NCBI GenBank assembly: GCA_951406725.2
Contig: OX597818.1
Span: 5,208,001 to 5,272,000, forward strand
Direction: 5' to 3'
Length of the DNA stretch: 64,000 bases
Origin: Octopus vulgaris
Taxonomy: Eukaryota
The notes under the pieces were generated by a model. The model ran no database searches, was not told the origin of the DNA, and saw only the letters and a list, made by a program, of their open reading frames with translations. A program made the translations under genes and the position numbers. Positions 37,931 through 51,283 of the stretch are shown here, piece after piece. Position 1 is the first letter of the stretch; the number at the start of each line of letters is the position of its first letter.

Positions 37931-38499
37931 ATATTCCTCTCGAATCGATTTTACTCCATGAAGATGGCAAGCAGCTTGTTAGAATACTTGAATAAATGCA
38001 GTCTCTTCCTTACTTTTAGGATTATCTTAATGATTGTGGAGTTTCTATTAACCATTTTTGTTAGGATACTGTAGTTTTTTGGCTGTTATCGTTCATGGAT
38101 ATGTTTTGGCCTTGAAGACATCTTGATGTATAAGTGGGGAACGGTTCTGCAAAGATGGTACAGACATCTTTCCTACATCGTTTTCTAAAGCACAGTTTTT
38201 GAACACATTCCCATGGAGCAGGTGTTCAGACAACTTATATTATAAAATTAGAATATACATAAATCAAAATACATATTCGTCTACAAGCGTGACTCCATTC
38301 ATATAGCTTTGAATAAATTAACTTGTCTACGTAATTAAAAAATATTGTGGCATAGATAATATAAATGAATCGTAATTTGCACAAATGATTATTGGTGTGT
38401 CTTTATGTATATACGCTATATATTTATATATATATATATATATAATATACATATTTATATATAAGTGTGTATGTGCGTATATATATATGTTTATATATG

Positions 38500-38548
<49 letters not shown>

Positions 38549-38633
38549 GTAGGTCCCGGGTTGAGTCGGGGTTAACCACAGTAAATAAGGTACTCAATAC
38601 ATAGCAGAGTAAATTAATTTATTTTATAGAAGG

Positions 38634-38684
38634 AGCTTCTACAGGACTAGAACTGTTTCATTCAAAAGAAATCATCAGGAAGCT
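38634..38684 (-). ncRNA. Minimal type-I hammerhead ribozyme
   Basis: Exact reverse complement of 39795-39845. Confidence 0.8.
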
Positions 38685-39794
38685 AGGTGACAAGAATAGT
38701 TTTGGCATTTATACATTTAGGCAAGTTTAAAGGGGTGGTGGTGGGGGACTTTTTGGGGTAGGCATGGCGCAAACTATCATTCTTAGGGGAGTGGTCAAAG
38801 GAATCAGTGATAAAGTAGATAAAGGAATAAATAGAATAATAGAGTTTAGGTAAATAAGGAGACTCTCACTTATACATATATATATATATACATAAACACA
38901 CACATATACATATACACACACACACATATATATATACATACATACACATATATACATATATATATATATATATATACATACACATACACACATACATCCA
39001 TATACACATGTACATATGCACCCATTTACATACATCTACGTACACACCCATACCCATACTCATACATACACACATATATCTTCACACATATATATAAAAA
39101 TAAATAAATATAAAAACAAATATAAAAGAGGATATACACCCCCATACACACACGCTCATATATCTATATATATATATATATATATACACACACTCATACA
39201 CACTTATATATATATATATATATATATATACATACATATATACATACACATACATATGCATATACATGCACACACATACACACACATTTCTTCCCTTATT
39301 TTAATTTTATTTTTATGTCTATTTTTATTTTTATTTTTATTTTGACCTCCACCAACCAGGCCGGCACTGAAGTATGGTTCTCCCAAGGGATCTAGCTTAG
39401 CTGGCCTAAAGAAACCATTTATTGCCCCTCTCCCTTCCTTTCTATCTTTCTTCCCACTGATACGAACACAAACACTCACACACGCACACACACTCACACG
39501 CACACTCATACACATACACATACGCACGTGTTATATTCATACATACATAAGTGTACCGACTTTCACATATAACTATGTACACACAAAACCACATATATAA
39601 ATGTACTTCCGTACACATACGATGGGTAATTGCACGTATATATATTTATTATTTATTATTTGAGTATGCATGTATGTATATATGTATATGTTTGTATGCA
39701 TGTATGTATTTATGTATATATAGATGCGCGTCCCCCACCACCACCCCTTTAAACCTGCCTAAATGTATAAATGCCAAAACTATTCTTGTCACCT

Positions 39795-39845
39795 AGCTTC
39801 CTGATGATTTCTTTTGAATGAAACAGTTCTAGTCCTGTAGAAGCT
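39795..39845 (+). ncRNA. Minimal type-I hammerhead ribozyme
   Basis: AGCTTC-CTGATGA-T TTC TTTT GAA T-GAAA-CAG TTCTAGTC CTG-TA-GAAGCT: 6-bp stem I, intact core, 4-bp stem III, GUA cleavage triplet. Confidence 0.8.
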
Positions 39846-39860
39846 CCTTCTATAAAATAA

Positions 39861-39899
<39 letters not shown>

Positions 39900-41112
39900 C
39901 AGAAAGCTTCATCTGCGGTATAAACCAGGAAACTTAGAATTGTATCTATCATTGAATAGCCTATACCGAAGCTGTTTATTTGGTAGCAAATGACCGTAGG
40001 TAACATCTACACAACTACTGAACTCACTTGAGAATCTTGTATTTCTATTTATGGATACTTTATCAAAACCTATGTGTTTTACAATAGATGTATAAAGTTC
40101 ATGGAGCATCCAAACCCAATAATAAATCCTTCTAGAATTATAATTTCGATATGTAATGCAGATTTCTTTGAAGATACTGCTCTCATACAGACTCTTCCTA
40201 ATGTAAACTGGCACATGTTATATGCACTTTATAAATTACCACTGACAGAGGTACAATAGAAATATCTTCACATCAGTATAGACACGTTTCATAAGATTAT
40301 ATTGCTTTTTGAAATGTGTGTTAGTGTATGAATGCCTAACATACATAATGCATATTTATACATACACTTACATAATTATATAGAATATTTTAGTGCAAAG
40401 TTATACGTATACACGCATATCGGTTTCTATTTTGACCTCTACTTTTTTAACTCGAAAATATGAAAACATGTATGTGATCACGCACAATAATGCACAAATA
40501 TAATCGGAGATGATATATGAAATATGCAAAACATAACTGAGGCGTATGGGTTAAAAACTTAAATCTCGTGCGTATAAAATCAACAGCTCACATAGCATAG
40601 TTGTTATTACTTTGTAAGATTCACAAAATTTATTTTCTGAAACCACATGTATTTCTTTTTACTTGGGAAATATATATTTGTTTCTTTTTTAAATGTGCAT
40701 AAATGTACACTCGCAGATAAATCCGAATAGTAACGTACACATGAGAAGTAGTAAATAGAAAATGCATTTTTATTGTTCTAGAAAGCATGCGCCTTTGAGT
40801 TTTCAAATATTATATTGTATTGTAAAATATTTGTAGTTATACGTAAGTTAAGCAGTAATACAAAATCATTCGCACAAATGAATGCATATATATGCATATG
40901 TTTATGTGCGTGTGTCTGTATATGACTGGGATCGAACATTGTTGTGTATGAAATTCTGTTTCGGTGGATTCGTACATGACTGAATTGCAAAACGAGCAAT
41001 TCGTTTCTTGTGAGAAAACAGGCGGTGTGGCATAATAAATTATTTGAAATAGAGAGACAAATGATATAACCATACCGAATACAACTTTGGTGTTTAAATT
41101 ATGTTTAGTAAA

Positions 41113-41335
41113 GAGGCACGCGGCTTGATGTATTGCACTCATTAGCGTAAGATTATAGTTTCAATTCCTGTACCAAGCAATGTATTGTGTTCTTGAGCAA
41201 AACACTTAATTTCAAGTTGCTTTAGTCTGCTCAGCTGGCAAAAATGAGTATTCCTGCGACGGACAAGTGTTCCGTGCAGCAGAGTAATATATACGCTACA
41301 GAACCCGACAAACCAGCCTCATGAGCCAATGGTTC
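41113..41335 (+). mobile_element. Old tRNA-derived SINE
   Basis: TTGTGTTCTTGAGCAAAACACTT..TTTCA.GTTGCT matches the head of the 4578-4899 SINE; the 3' part differs. Confidence 0.55.
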
Positions 41336-43348
41336 ATGTTGATCGTCTTTAGTATCCTTCTTTTGCAGGAGGGAAAATGATGTCCTATGAATTTTGAGAT
41401 ATTGCGCAATGTAGATTTACCAAGCCTTTTAAGATTCATGATATATTCGATAAAATGCATTAATGTAGTGACAAAAATTATTTCCCTACAAACTATCTGC
41501 ATTGTGATTAGAAAAATCTACAAATATTTATGTAAAACTAAATTTAATTTTCAGAAATGAAAACTAGCTGAATAGCAATGGAAAGGAATGAATGTAAGTG
41601 CATCGAAAAAATTTCAGCTGTTGTTTCAGATGTGGTTAGGTTTACTAAAACGCGTTAATAGAAGTGAAACGACCAACATAACTATGAAACTGTTAGAGAT
41701 TGCATCATAAAGAAAGCATTTCATTTTACGAATAGATTGAGTGTTTCCTATAATTTATACCAACAACTTTACATGGAAAAAGCTTGTGTTAGAATTTAAA
41801 ATTGCTTAAGGCGAAGATGGGTAGCATCTAGAAAACCATATATGTAACCATAGTCTTTCACATTTCAGAAGAGCTTCTTCTCTCTCTAAATGTAACCTAT
41901 GAAACGAAGTTAATTTCCCCACATCAGTAGATGATTGTACAATACAGTAGGAAGTACTTAACGGTATTTCGAATCTTTTTGTATTATCTGGCAAATTCTA
42001 ATCTCAACAAAAACTAGGATCTTTCTGTTGTTCATAAAAGAAGGAATTACATGCCAAGAATTGTGGTCACTTATATCTAGTACATACCTATTTTCGAAAT
42101 ATTCACACTAGCGTCTATATTAGCAATCATTTTAATAAATAGATACTGCAACCAGGGGAGTTACAAAATTGGTATTAGAGTGATGAGTAATATAATGGGA
42201 TCGATTAAATCTAATATATCCAACAAAAAGACGATGTTAAAAATGAACACTTTGAACCACCAGCCTTGTCAGTGTTCTTTCCATTACCTTCGAACTATAT
42301 ACCAACAATCTAATCCCATTATCAGTAAACATTCTGCGTCAATCTTTACAATGATTTATTCTTACCTTCAGAAATATGTTGCAGCGTGTTCCTTTGCCCG
42401 CAAAAGAAAACCTCAAGCATTAGAAATCATCGATATCTCGTTTCACTTAGATCATAATAATACTGACGGGTAGTTGATGACAACAAAATTATCCAACATT
42501 TTCAACACCTCCACCTTACCCTTGAGAACTACTGGAAAGCTGCTGTCTTATCGCTAGTGAGACCCCATACTCAAGAAGTTTGGTGAAAACGTTGTTGCAT
42601 TTGGCTTTAACAAAGAATGTGCAGTGCGAATGACATGCGAATCCGGTTAAGAAATTATTTCATGTTTAGTTTTCAGTTTTCTACCGGAGTAAATGACGAC
42701 ATCATAGTAAATGAAATTAAATATCAATCAAGTATATGACGAATGACTAGAATTATACTCTTATCTTTGTTTTTGAGATCAAGAACGATTGACTATGTTT
42801 GAATAGAAAAACAAGAAATGCATAGAGATTCCCTTTTTTCATTCAGATATACAAATTCATTCACACACATACTAAATAACTTGTTCTAGTTTATCATTTT
42901 CCTGAAATATACGAATATCTTAAGCCACCTTAAGTTCAAAGTCGCATCACTGAAATTGCTACTATATCATAATCGAAGATATATTGTCTTTGAAAAGATG
43001 GTTCGTATCGGTTTACGATTCATTTAGGAATAACTTCTTTCTAAAACGATTTTCTGGTTATCAAGAGTTATTATTATTTCTTTTTGACGTCACTTCTAGT
43101 GTCATTCAGTAAAAGTAAGTTCTCTTCTCCTGACTTAATTTTAAAAAATAACTGAATAGTTTTTCATTGTTTTTAATCATTTTCCACTTAAAGCTTTGTA
43201 GTTAACCATCTTCTTGTAGTTAACCTATCACCATATTGCTATGAACAAAGATATTTAACATTGTATTAGAACATGTAAAATCTCAATGTTTTGTTTCCAG
43301 TAATATTTGGCGAAGCACTATTAAAAATTATTTCTTCCCTAAAATATA

Positions 43349-43746
43349 TCTTTATATATGAAAGTGAAGTTGTGTGTCTGTCTCCTACGATTTAGATTCC
43401 TAACTACTCCCACATTTTGCGGTGCAGTTTAATCAAAACCGGGTATCTTATAGTCGTGATTCATATCGAGCCCTTCTGGGTATTAGCGCGCGTCTACAAT
43501 GAGTCTACGATTTAAAAAACAATTACCATCATTTTTTTCCATTTTAAGGCATTTTTTTCGTTATTATATAAGGGAAGTAACTCTCTAAAAATGTCTACGA
43601 TGAGTCAACGATTTAAAAAAAATTTACCATAATTTTCTTTCCATTTTTAATGCATTTGTTTGCTATTTTTTTGGCTATAACTCTCTAAAAATGCTTATAT
43701 AGTTATTTCTCTTACAAACCCGAGCAACGCCGGGCGATACTGCTAG
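43349..43746 (+). mobile_element. Non-autonomous Helitron (family A), complete
   Basis: A|TCTTTATATATG...CCCGAGCAACGCCGGG-CGATACTG-CTAG|T: TC start, hairpin, CTAG end, inserted between A and T with no TSD. Confidence 0.9.
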
Positions 43747-44196
43747 TTTTCAATAATTTCCCTTTTCCGTCCTCTCTCACGTTGTCATTGTTGTTGTCTT
43801 TGTCTCTCCTTCAGATTTTCATTTTAGCCCCACCCTCTCTCACTCTTTTGCTCTTTATATATCTCTCTTCTCTTTCTGCAATTCTCTCCATTTACCACAA
43901 TGTCTTTAACTTAATTATTAATTTTTTCACGGTAATATCATTTTCCCCTTTTTAATCATTAAATGCATGACAATTTATATTCTTGAACTTTTGTATATTT
44001 CAGTGGGCTCCATTTATTTCGTTCAACACTTTTAATTCTATTTCCTACACCATTGCTTTAAAGATATTTTTCTTGGTATTCCTCTTGATTTTATTTATTG
44101 TCTCTAATTTGTTTCATTCAAACACCGCGCTACAATTAGATTTAATCTTTTTCCTAGCCCTCACAAAAGATTCAACAACGAATCTGAGCTCTTATT

Positions 44197-44276
<80 letters not shown>

Positions 44277-44279
<3 letters not shown>

Positions 44280-44540
44280 AGAATTCACAAAAAAAAAAAG
44301 AAAGGACGAAGCCAGGTGGTGTAGACAATAAACAGATGTATTAGTTTAACGCCCGGGAGTGAAAATGTCTTTAAAGTTTCGAGCCTACGCTCTTCCACAG
44401 AAAAAAACACAGAAAGAAACAGGGAGAGAAAATAAAGAATGTGTAGTGGCTAGCGATCTATTATGGCGAATGCTGAACTGAGGGGTCACACAGCAGAGTT
44501 AGGAAGGGGAGATAATAAAGTAATGGTGATCCCAAAACGA
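44277..44540 (-). mobile_element. PLE-type terminal fragment next to (TC)n(TA)n, with a degenerate hammerhead-like motif
   Basis: Minus: CTGTGGA-A-GAGC GTAG GCTC-GAAA; microsatellite-adjacent like the other PLE ends. Confidence 0.4.
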
Positions 44541-45974
44541 AGGTCTTATTTAATGATAGAAAAAAAGCAAAATATTCGACTTTAGGTATATGCATTACAT
44601 GAAATTTGATTATAATCAATATAGAATGAATATAAAGGCCTTCTTCCATCATATTTGATGTCTATAAAGGAGTGTCAGTTAAATAGAATCTAAAAGTAAT
44701 GGGACGGACCACTATATGGTAAACATTTCTAGAATGAATCTACCTTGTGATTGAAACAAAATTATAACATCATTATGCAACAGCTGTACAAATAAACAGA
44801 ATATGTGTGACGGAAGCATTGGAAGAATTGCTTAAATTAATAAGGGACACCTGTACAAGATGCATAATCGATTGTGAAAAGGAAGTGTCACTATAGTAAC
44901 AGTAGTTATAACAAACTACAACTCTATCCAAACAAAAAAGTCCCATGAGAATACCCTCTGTTGTTGGCATAAACACAGTTTTGCCTTTTCCAAAACCGCT
45001 CCTAATTGCAAACATTGCAGCTACGGTATTTTATCTTTTCATAACGACCTTATAAACATATCCTTCCTTTTATAAAAATGCCGATGCGTGATTTGACTTA
45101 GATTCAGCTATTACATCTCATGAAGAGTTTTCCACTGCTGTACACACGTATCAAAATATTTTGATCTCCCAATTATAACGACACCTATTTTGCATTCCTC
45201 AGAATATTGCAAACTATTTTCGTTTCTGGTAACAGCATTTGGATGAATTATACATAAATGTATTTTATAACATGCTCTTATTTCTTAAAGAAAACAAACG
45301 TGAGTCATTAATTTGGATTTTGCTCATAGGAACATATCATATCGTGTTTGAAAAAGGTAACATTTTTCTAGAATTGTCTTTTTTAGAAGAAATAATATGT
45401 CAACATTGGTGATAAGGTAATTGTTATTATTTCCTTCACACATTGACAGTCTCCTAATTTTGAATCTATTACATGGGTCTATATCTGCTTGATTGAAAAC
45501 TTATGTCCCAGAATGATGCCAATTACCACCCATAACTCTATTTTTATCGTTTCAGAGGCTGGTGATGGAAAGAGAAGCGGAGTGATCTTATGACCGAAAA
45601 TCTGGTTTTAATGTATGGACACCACTAAAAAGAGCCCAGGTGTAAGATTGTTGATTTCTAAATGGGTAAACAGTTAAGTCTAATATCCACAAATATGTAT
45701 AGTCGACCGAAAAGATGTTTTAGTATAAATTAATTACTGGATTTTACTTACAGTTTCTGATCCTACATGGAGCTGTTTTAAAATGTGGGATATTATCTGA
45801 AAGTGTACAATTATCAAATGCACATTACACTAAACATCTGTACGATTGCTAAAAGAGAGGTATTAATAAGATGATGAAAATTATATTGGATATGACAATT
45901 CGGGTCATGCTATTAATAATTGCCTAGAGATGTATTGCATATAATATTTTGCTGCTGAATTGTTTAATATTTAT

Positions 45975-46585
45975 CTACGTCCCGAGTACTCAAGAGAAAC
46001 TGGAAATTTGCAATATTATATTACTCACTTAGTTTTACATGTTTACACTCTTATTGGCGTCAAAGTGTTTTCCATTTGAAGCAACGCATCGGTCCACGCA
46101 GGTTTTCCACTATTTGAAGCAGTGCTGGAACTCTTGCGAAATGATGCCTTTTAACGCCTCTGTCGTTTTTTTTCCTTCACCTCTTCCACATCTGAAAATT
46201 CCGTTGCACCTGCTTTTGACACCAATGATGATTTTCCAAAAAAGGTCCGGATCAGATTTCAACTGATCTTTCAGTTCACGACACACATTCAGTCATGACT
46301 GCTTTTTATCTTCCATGAGCAAGCGACGCATAAGATTTGCTGCAACTTTTCATTCGTAATTCCTCACTCAAAATTTGTTTGCAGGAGCTCCAGAACACAC
46401 CAGTCATATCAATAAGTTCGTCAATTGTTCGGTAACGGTCCTCCAAGGTCATTTCATGAATTTTCATATTTTCATTCCTTCGAGAGGTCGTAGATTTTCC
46501 TGAAGGAGGTTGGTCTAAATTCTGGAAACCACTGGTAAATTGTGTTTTGCTCATGGCAGCGGCCTTGTAAGCTGTTTGAAGCATG
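45975..46585 (-). mobile_element. Mariner relic (HTH region), interrupted by (CA)n
   Basis: MLQTAYKAAAMSKTQ, SGKSTTSR, LEDRYRTIDELIDMTGVFWSSCKQILSEELRMK; C-terminal FQHCFK*WKTCVDRCVASNGKHFD. Confidence 0.8.
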
Positions 46586-46588
46586 ACA

Positions 46589-46647
<59 letters not shown>

Positions 46648-47584
46648 ACAAACACACACACACATACGCACACACATACACGCACACACACACAAACGCA
46701 CATACACACACTCTCACACACTTACACATACGCATACCTGGCCGAAGCATTTAAGTCCCTTTCAATATTTTTCTTGTAAAAGAATAAATTTATAACAAAG
46801 GTATTGAGTTATATATTAGTTTAATGTAAAACTGTGGTTATTATTAAACACACACGCATACATATATAAACGAATTGTCTCCATTAGTAGCATCTTTCAA
46901 ACTAATAGTTAACCCGGAAGGTTTTCTCACATTATGGTATACAAATAATGGTGCTGATGGCATTGCATTTATTCCATGGTTTACAATTGCTTCAGTGACG
47001 TGTGGATTGCAAATCAAATACCATGCATGAAAGAATGAATCAGAACACAAGTATAGTCGTGTTAATTATATAATATGTATTACATAAGAGACTCTTCACA
47101 ATCACATAAGAAAAACACGTTAAGCTAGCGTCAATTTGTCTACAGATTCCAGAAGGAAGGACTAACGCTAGAATTTCAGCAAGGCATGGATGGGACAGAT
47201 TAATTGTAATTCTTGGTGGATTAATTCTATTCATCAATCATCTGAAGTTTTCAGACAAGTGTCTGATTGTTTCTTCTATATATCAAAATCCTAGGTATAT
47301 TTGTTAATTCTTACTAAGTTATTTTATATCAGATTAGAGGAATGGATTCAGTCATCAAGAAAAGGGTTTTAATACAAAGAAGGAAGAGAGGATATGTGCA
47401 TCAGACTGTGAAGTGTATGATTTATGTCCTATATATTCTTACAATATAACACAAGCGTCCATATAAAAAGCTGCGCATAAACATACATGCCGTTATACAA
47501 ATACTATATTATTACCGAACCAAACATTTATATACAATAATACAATAATACCAACGTATGCATACAAGCTTTATATATATATAT

Positions 47585-49560
47585 GTATATATATAGAGAG
47601 AGAGATAGATAAGAAAGTTGGTTTGTGAAAGCACGTGGTTGAATATATAGAAAATAGTAAAAAGTGAAAAAACTACAGAAGGCTTAAAGGTTAAAAAATA
47701 TATATATTTGCGTCAATATGTCTGAAGAATATTAAAATTTTTTTCTTACAATGACATAATTTAGAAGAAAGACCGGTTTCGCGTTTAGCTTTCCAAATTT
47801 CTTGCGACGTTATGTTTATCTTGAACAGAGTTATCTTTATGTTTATGATTAAAAGAGTTCTAAATAAGGGGAGGTAGTGAGTGATTTCTTCCGGTGTAAG
47901 GGAGATAATCGCTTAAAATTAAAAAAAAAAATTTTCCTTTCCCTTGGTGTGAATTTCTCTGTATCAGTATGTTGGCATGGTTAAGTCTGGGCTTGTACTT
48001 TTCAATGAAGGATGTTTCTTTGTTTAGTCTAATTTGTGTTGAAGATCCGATAGCACATTGGTAAAAATGGAAAGATTAAACATTGTGGTAGTAGTTGCTT
48101 TGCGCATTTCTCAATATGCTCACTAAAGGGTATCATTCTCTATTCTGGGAATGCAATCTGTTGTCGATGCAGTGTGCATCTACGTCTGAGTGATAGTCCC
48201 GTGGATCCCACGTAGTACTGGTGGCAGCCCGAGCATTTAATGACATAAATTATGTTTTCAAAGGCACAAGTAAAGTTAGATTTGATCTTGAATTTCTGTC
48301 CCTCTTTAAAGAGGAATTCTAATCCTTCTAGCAGGTTTGGACATGTTGCACAGTTCGATCTACCACATTTTTTTACTTTTGCATCCGTAATTTCAGAAAA
48401 CAATTTTGCCTTTGTGAGAATCTTTTTAAGTGATTTAGGTTGTTTGTAGCTTTTAATGATTTTATGTATGTTTAGAATTTCCTTTAATTTGGGGTCCTTA
48501 TGAAGTATTGGTAAATTCTGGGTGATGATGGTGAAGGCTTCTTTGTTTCTGGGGTTGTATGTAGATATGTAAGGTAGTATTTTCGGGGAAGGTGTGTTGT
48601 TGTGTTGAACTTTTCTTAAAGTTTCTATGTTGATTTCTGTTGCACGTCTGGGTTTTCATTCCAGAGTATAAAACAATCGTCTAAGAATCGTTTCCAATTC
48701 TCTTTTATGTATTGAGAAAGGGGGTTTCCAAAGATTGATAAAGATTCCTGGTAAATGATTATTTCCATGTAGCCCATTGTTAGGTTCGCAATGACTGGTG
48801 CTGCCCATAGCAATTCCGGATTTTTGACGGTAAAATGTATTGTCAAACATGAAGTGGTTATTATGTAGGATGAATTCAATTGATTTAGTAATGAATTCTT
48901 TACTGATCCTTTTTGGTATTTCTTCCGGAAATTGGTCCAGCCAGAACTGTATTGCCTCTAGTCCATAATTATGAGGTATACTGGTATACAAGTTAACTAC
49001 AACAAATGAAACCAGGATTGTTTCTTCCTTGGCTTTTTTGGGAGGTGGTTTAACATATCTAAGTCATCTCTGATATGGCTATCGATATGTTTAAGGAAGG
49101 GTTTCAGGAGGATGTCCATAAATAGACTTAGTCTGTGTGTTTCACATGTTGGGCCAGCTACAATGGGTCGTAGTTTTAGGTCCCCCGGGTTAGGTGTGTG
49201 TATGTATGTCTTAGGTGATTTTTTAATGGTTTCATTTATAATTTGGCTTTTATGGATTTTTGGTAGACCATAGAAGAGGCTAGGATTGCATTTAAAGTTT
49301 GTTAGAAAGTCAGTCTCTTTGGTTGTTAGTTCCTTTTCATGGGTTTTAATTAGTGAAGATAGAGTTTTCATTATTTTTTGTGGGGTGTAGTTGGTAATTT
49401 TTTCATAATGTAGGTCGTCATCAAGCAAGGAAATTACAAGATTTCTATAGTATGATGTATCCATTATTACAACTGCATTTCCCTTGTCTGCTTCCTTAAT
49501 AGTTATATCCTCATCATTTTGAAGTTCTATCAGTTCCTTCCATTGTGTAGTGTTAAAATA
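47585..49560 (-). mobile_element. Penelope-like element (Neptune-type), 5'-truncated, internally deleted
   Basis: IKEADKGNAVV, FYGLPKIHK, LRPIVAGP, LYTSIPH, QKSGIAMG, WKRFLDDCF, linker CGRSNCATC, GIY-YIG IIYVIKCSGCHQYYVG; frameshifted. Confidence 0.93.
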
Positions 49561-49611
49561 TATATATATATTGTGTATTAAAATATATATATATATATAT
49601 TGTGTAGTGTT

Positions 49612-49664
<53 letters not shown>

Positions 49665-49748
49665 AAGGGTGGAAAGGAACACACGAGTTGATATATATGA
49701 AAAAACAAGTCAAGAATAGAAAATGCTAAGATAATTTTATAGTGAATC

Positions 49749-49792
49749 TTTCAGTACCGGTTTCGGGCATTTTGAGACCTTTTCAACTGTAA
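49749..49792 (-). ncRNA. Candidate hammerhead ribozyme, U3-A8 core variant
   Basis: Minus: TTACAG-TTGAAAA-GG TCTCAAAATGC CC-GAAA-CCGG-TA-CTGAAA, in the PLE 3' terminal region. Confidence 0.55.
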
Positions 49793-51283
49793 CGATTAAA
49801 TAATTAAATTTAGAAAAATTAGAAGAAAAGTTTTTTTAAGGGAATATTTCTATAGTAGTGTTCAGATATAAGTGGCATTCTGCCTTTCTCTGACTCCCTT
49901 GTTTGCACTTGTGTGTTCGAGGTCGTTGTGAGTTCTTGGTAGGGTAGGAGAAGCAGAAGGCTGATGTGGAGAGGGGGTGGGGAAATCTGGGAATGCCTTG
50001 ATGGTCGTATTTTGAATGGTCAGTGGCGGACAGCAGTCGCAGTTCAATTCAGGAATTGTTTATGGAATTTGCGTAGGCGTTATACTGAAAGGCATTAGTG
50101 ACAAGGTTAAGGGGTAGAATGTGGAGAAGTAGAAGAAGAAGAAGATGACGATGTTGATGATGATGATGAAGAAGAAGAAGAAGAAGAAGAAGAAGAAGAA
50201 GAAGAAGAAGAAGAAGGAGAAGGAGAAGATGATGATGATGATGGTGGTGATGATGATGACGACGATGATGATGATAATGATGATGATGAAGAAGAAGAGG
50301 AAGAAGAAGAAAAAAACAGAGAAGGGAGAATATGAATGGGTGAAAGTATAGCTGTGATGGGGCTGATTAGTAATGGATTCTATGGAATGTAATATTTGTG
50401 TGTGTATATATTTCTTTTATTCTAAAGTTGAGGTATATTAATTGTTTGTCGTAGACCCGTTAAGAAGTGGCCTGTATTTTGTAATAAAGAGATTTTCTTT
50501 ACTTATTCGTTGTCTCGAGGTTGTATCGTCCCTAAATTGGTAGAGGGGGAAAATCCTGAAGTTTGGTGTTTTTTTGTTGGCGCAAGTATCTATGTGTTGG
50601 CTAAAAGCTATTTTTCTGTTTTGGGGAATTTTTATCTGGGATCTGTGCAGGGCCATTCGTTTACGCAAGCCATTTTTTGTTTGGCCTATGTACTGCTCTT
50701 GACACCCGGAGCAGGTTAGTGAGTATATTAGGTTCTCCGAAGCACATGTGAAGTTGCTTTTCACTGTAAACCGTTGTCCCTGTTTGAAGGAGAACTCTGA
50801 TCCCTCAATTAGATAGTCGCATATCCCGCAATTGGGTCTTCCACATTTTTTTACTGTCGGCTTCTGTGAATTCGGGCTTGTGTTAGGAGACTTTTCATGG
50901 ATCTAGGCTGTCTTTTGCTTTTTATGATCGTGTGTGTTTGGAAGATTGTGTTCATTCTGTGGTCTTTTTTAGGAGGGGTATGTTGTGGAGGATGTTGCCG
51001 AAGGCTTCGTTATTGAGAGGGTTGTGTGTGGAAATGTATGGTAAGGCTTTTGGTTGTAAGTTTTTCTTTGATTTGGGATGTCTCAGTTCCTTGATGTTAA
51101 GTTGAAGGGCACGTTGAATGCACTTGTCAATAAGTGAAGGTGGATAGTTCCTGGTGATAAGGGTATCTTTTAGTTCTTGTAGTCGTGTGTCTCTGGTGTT
51201 TGCATTAGAGACTATAGTGCATATCCTTTTTGCTAGATTGAAGGGGATATTCATCCTGGTGTGTCTGGGGTGGCATGAATTGA

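Larger units (their letters stand above)
38549..39862 (-). mobile_element. Non-coding PLE-type insertion with 133-bp inverted terminal repeats, each containing a hammerhead motif
   Basis: 38617-38749 is the reverse complement of 39730-39862 (one mismatch seen). (TA)n on both flanks; no ORF. Confidence 0.8.

Noticed and set aside
48997-49713. 238-aa ORF with a novel N-terminus
   Set aside because: The N-terminal part is read-through of the (TA)n junction into a truncated PLE RT.
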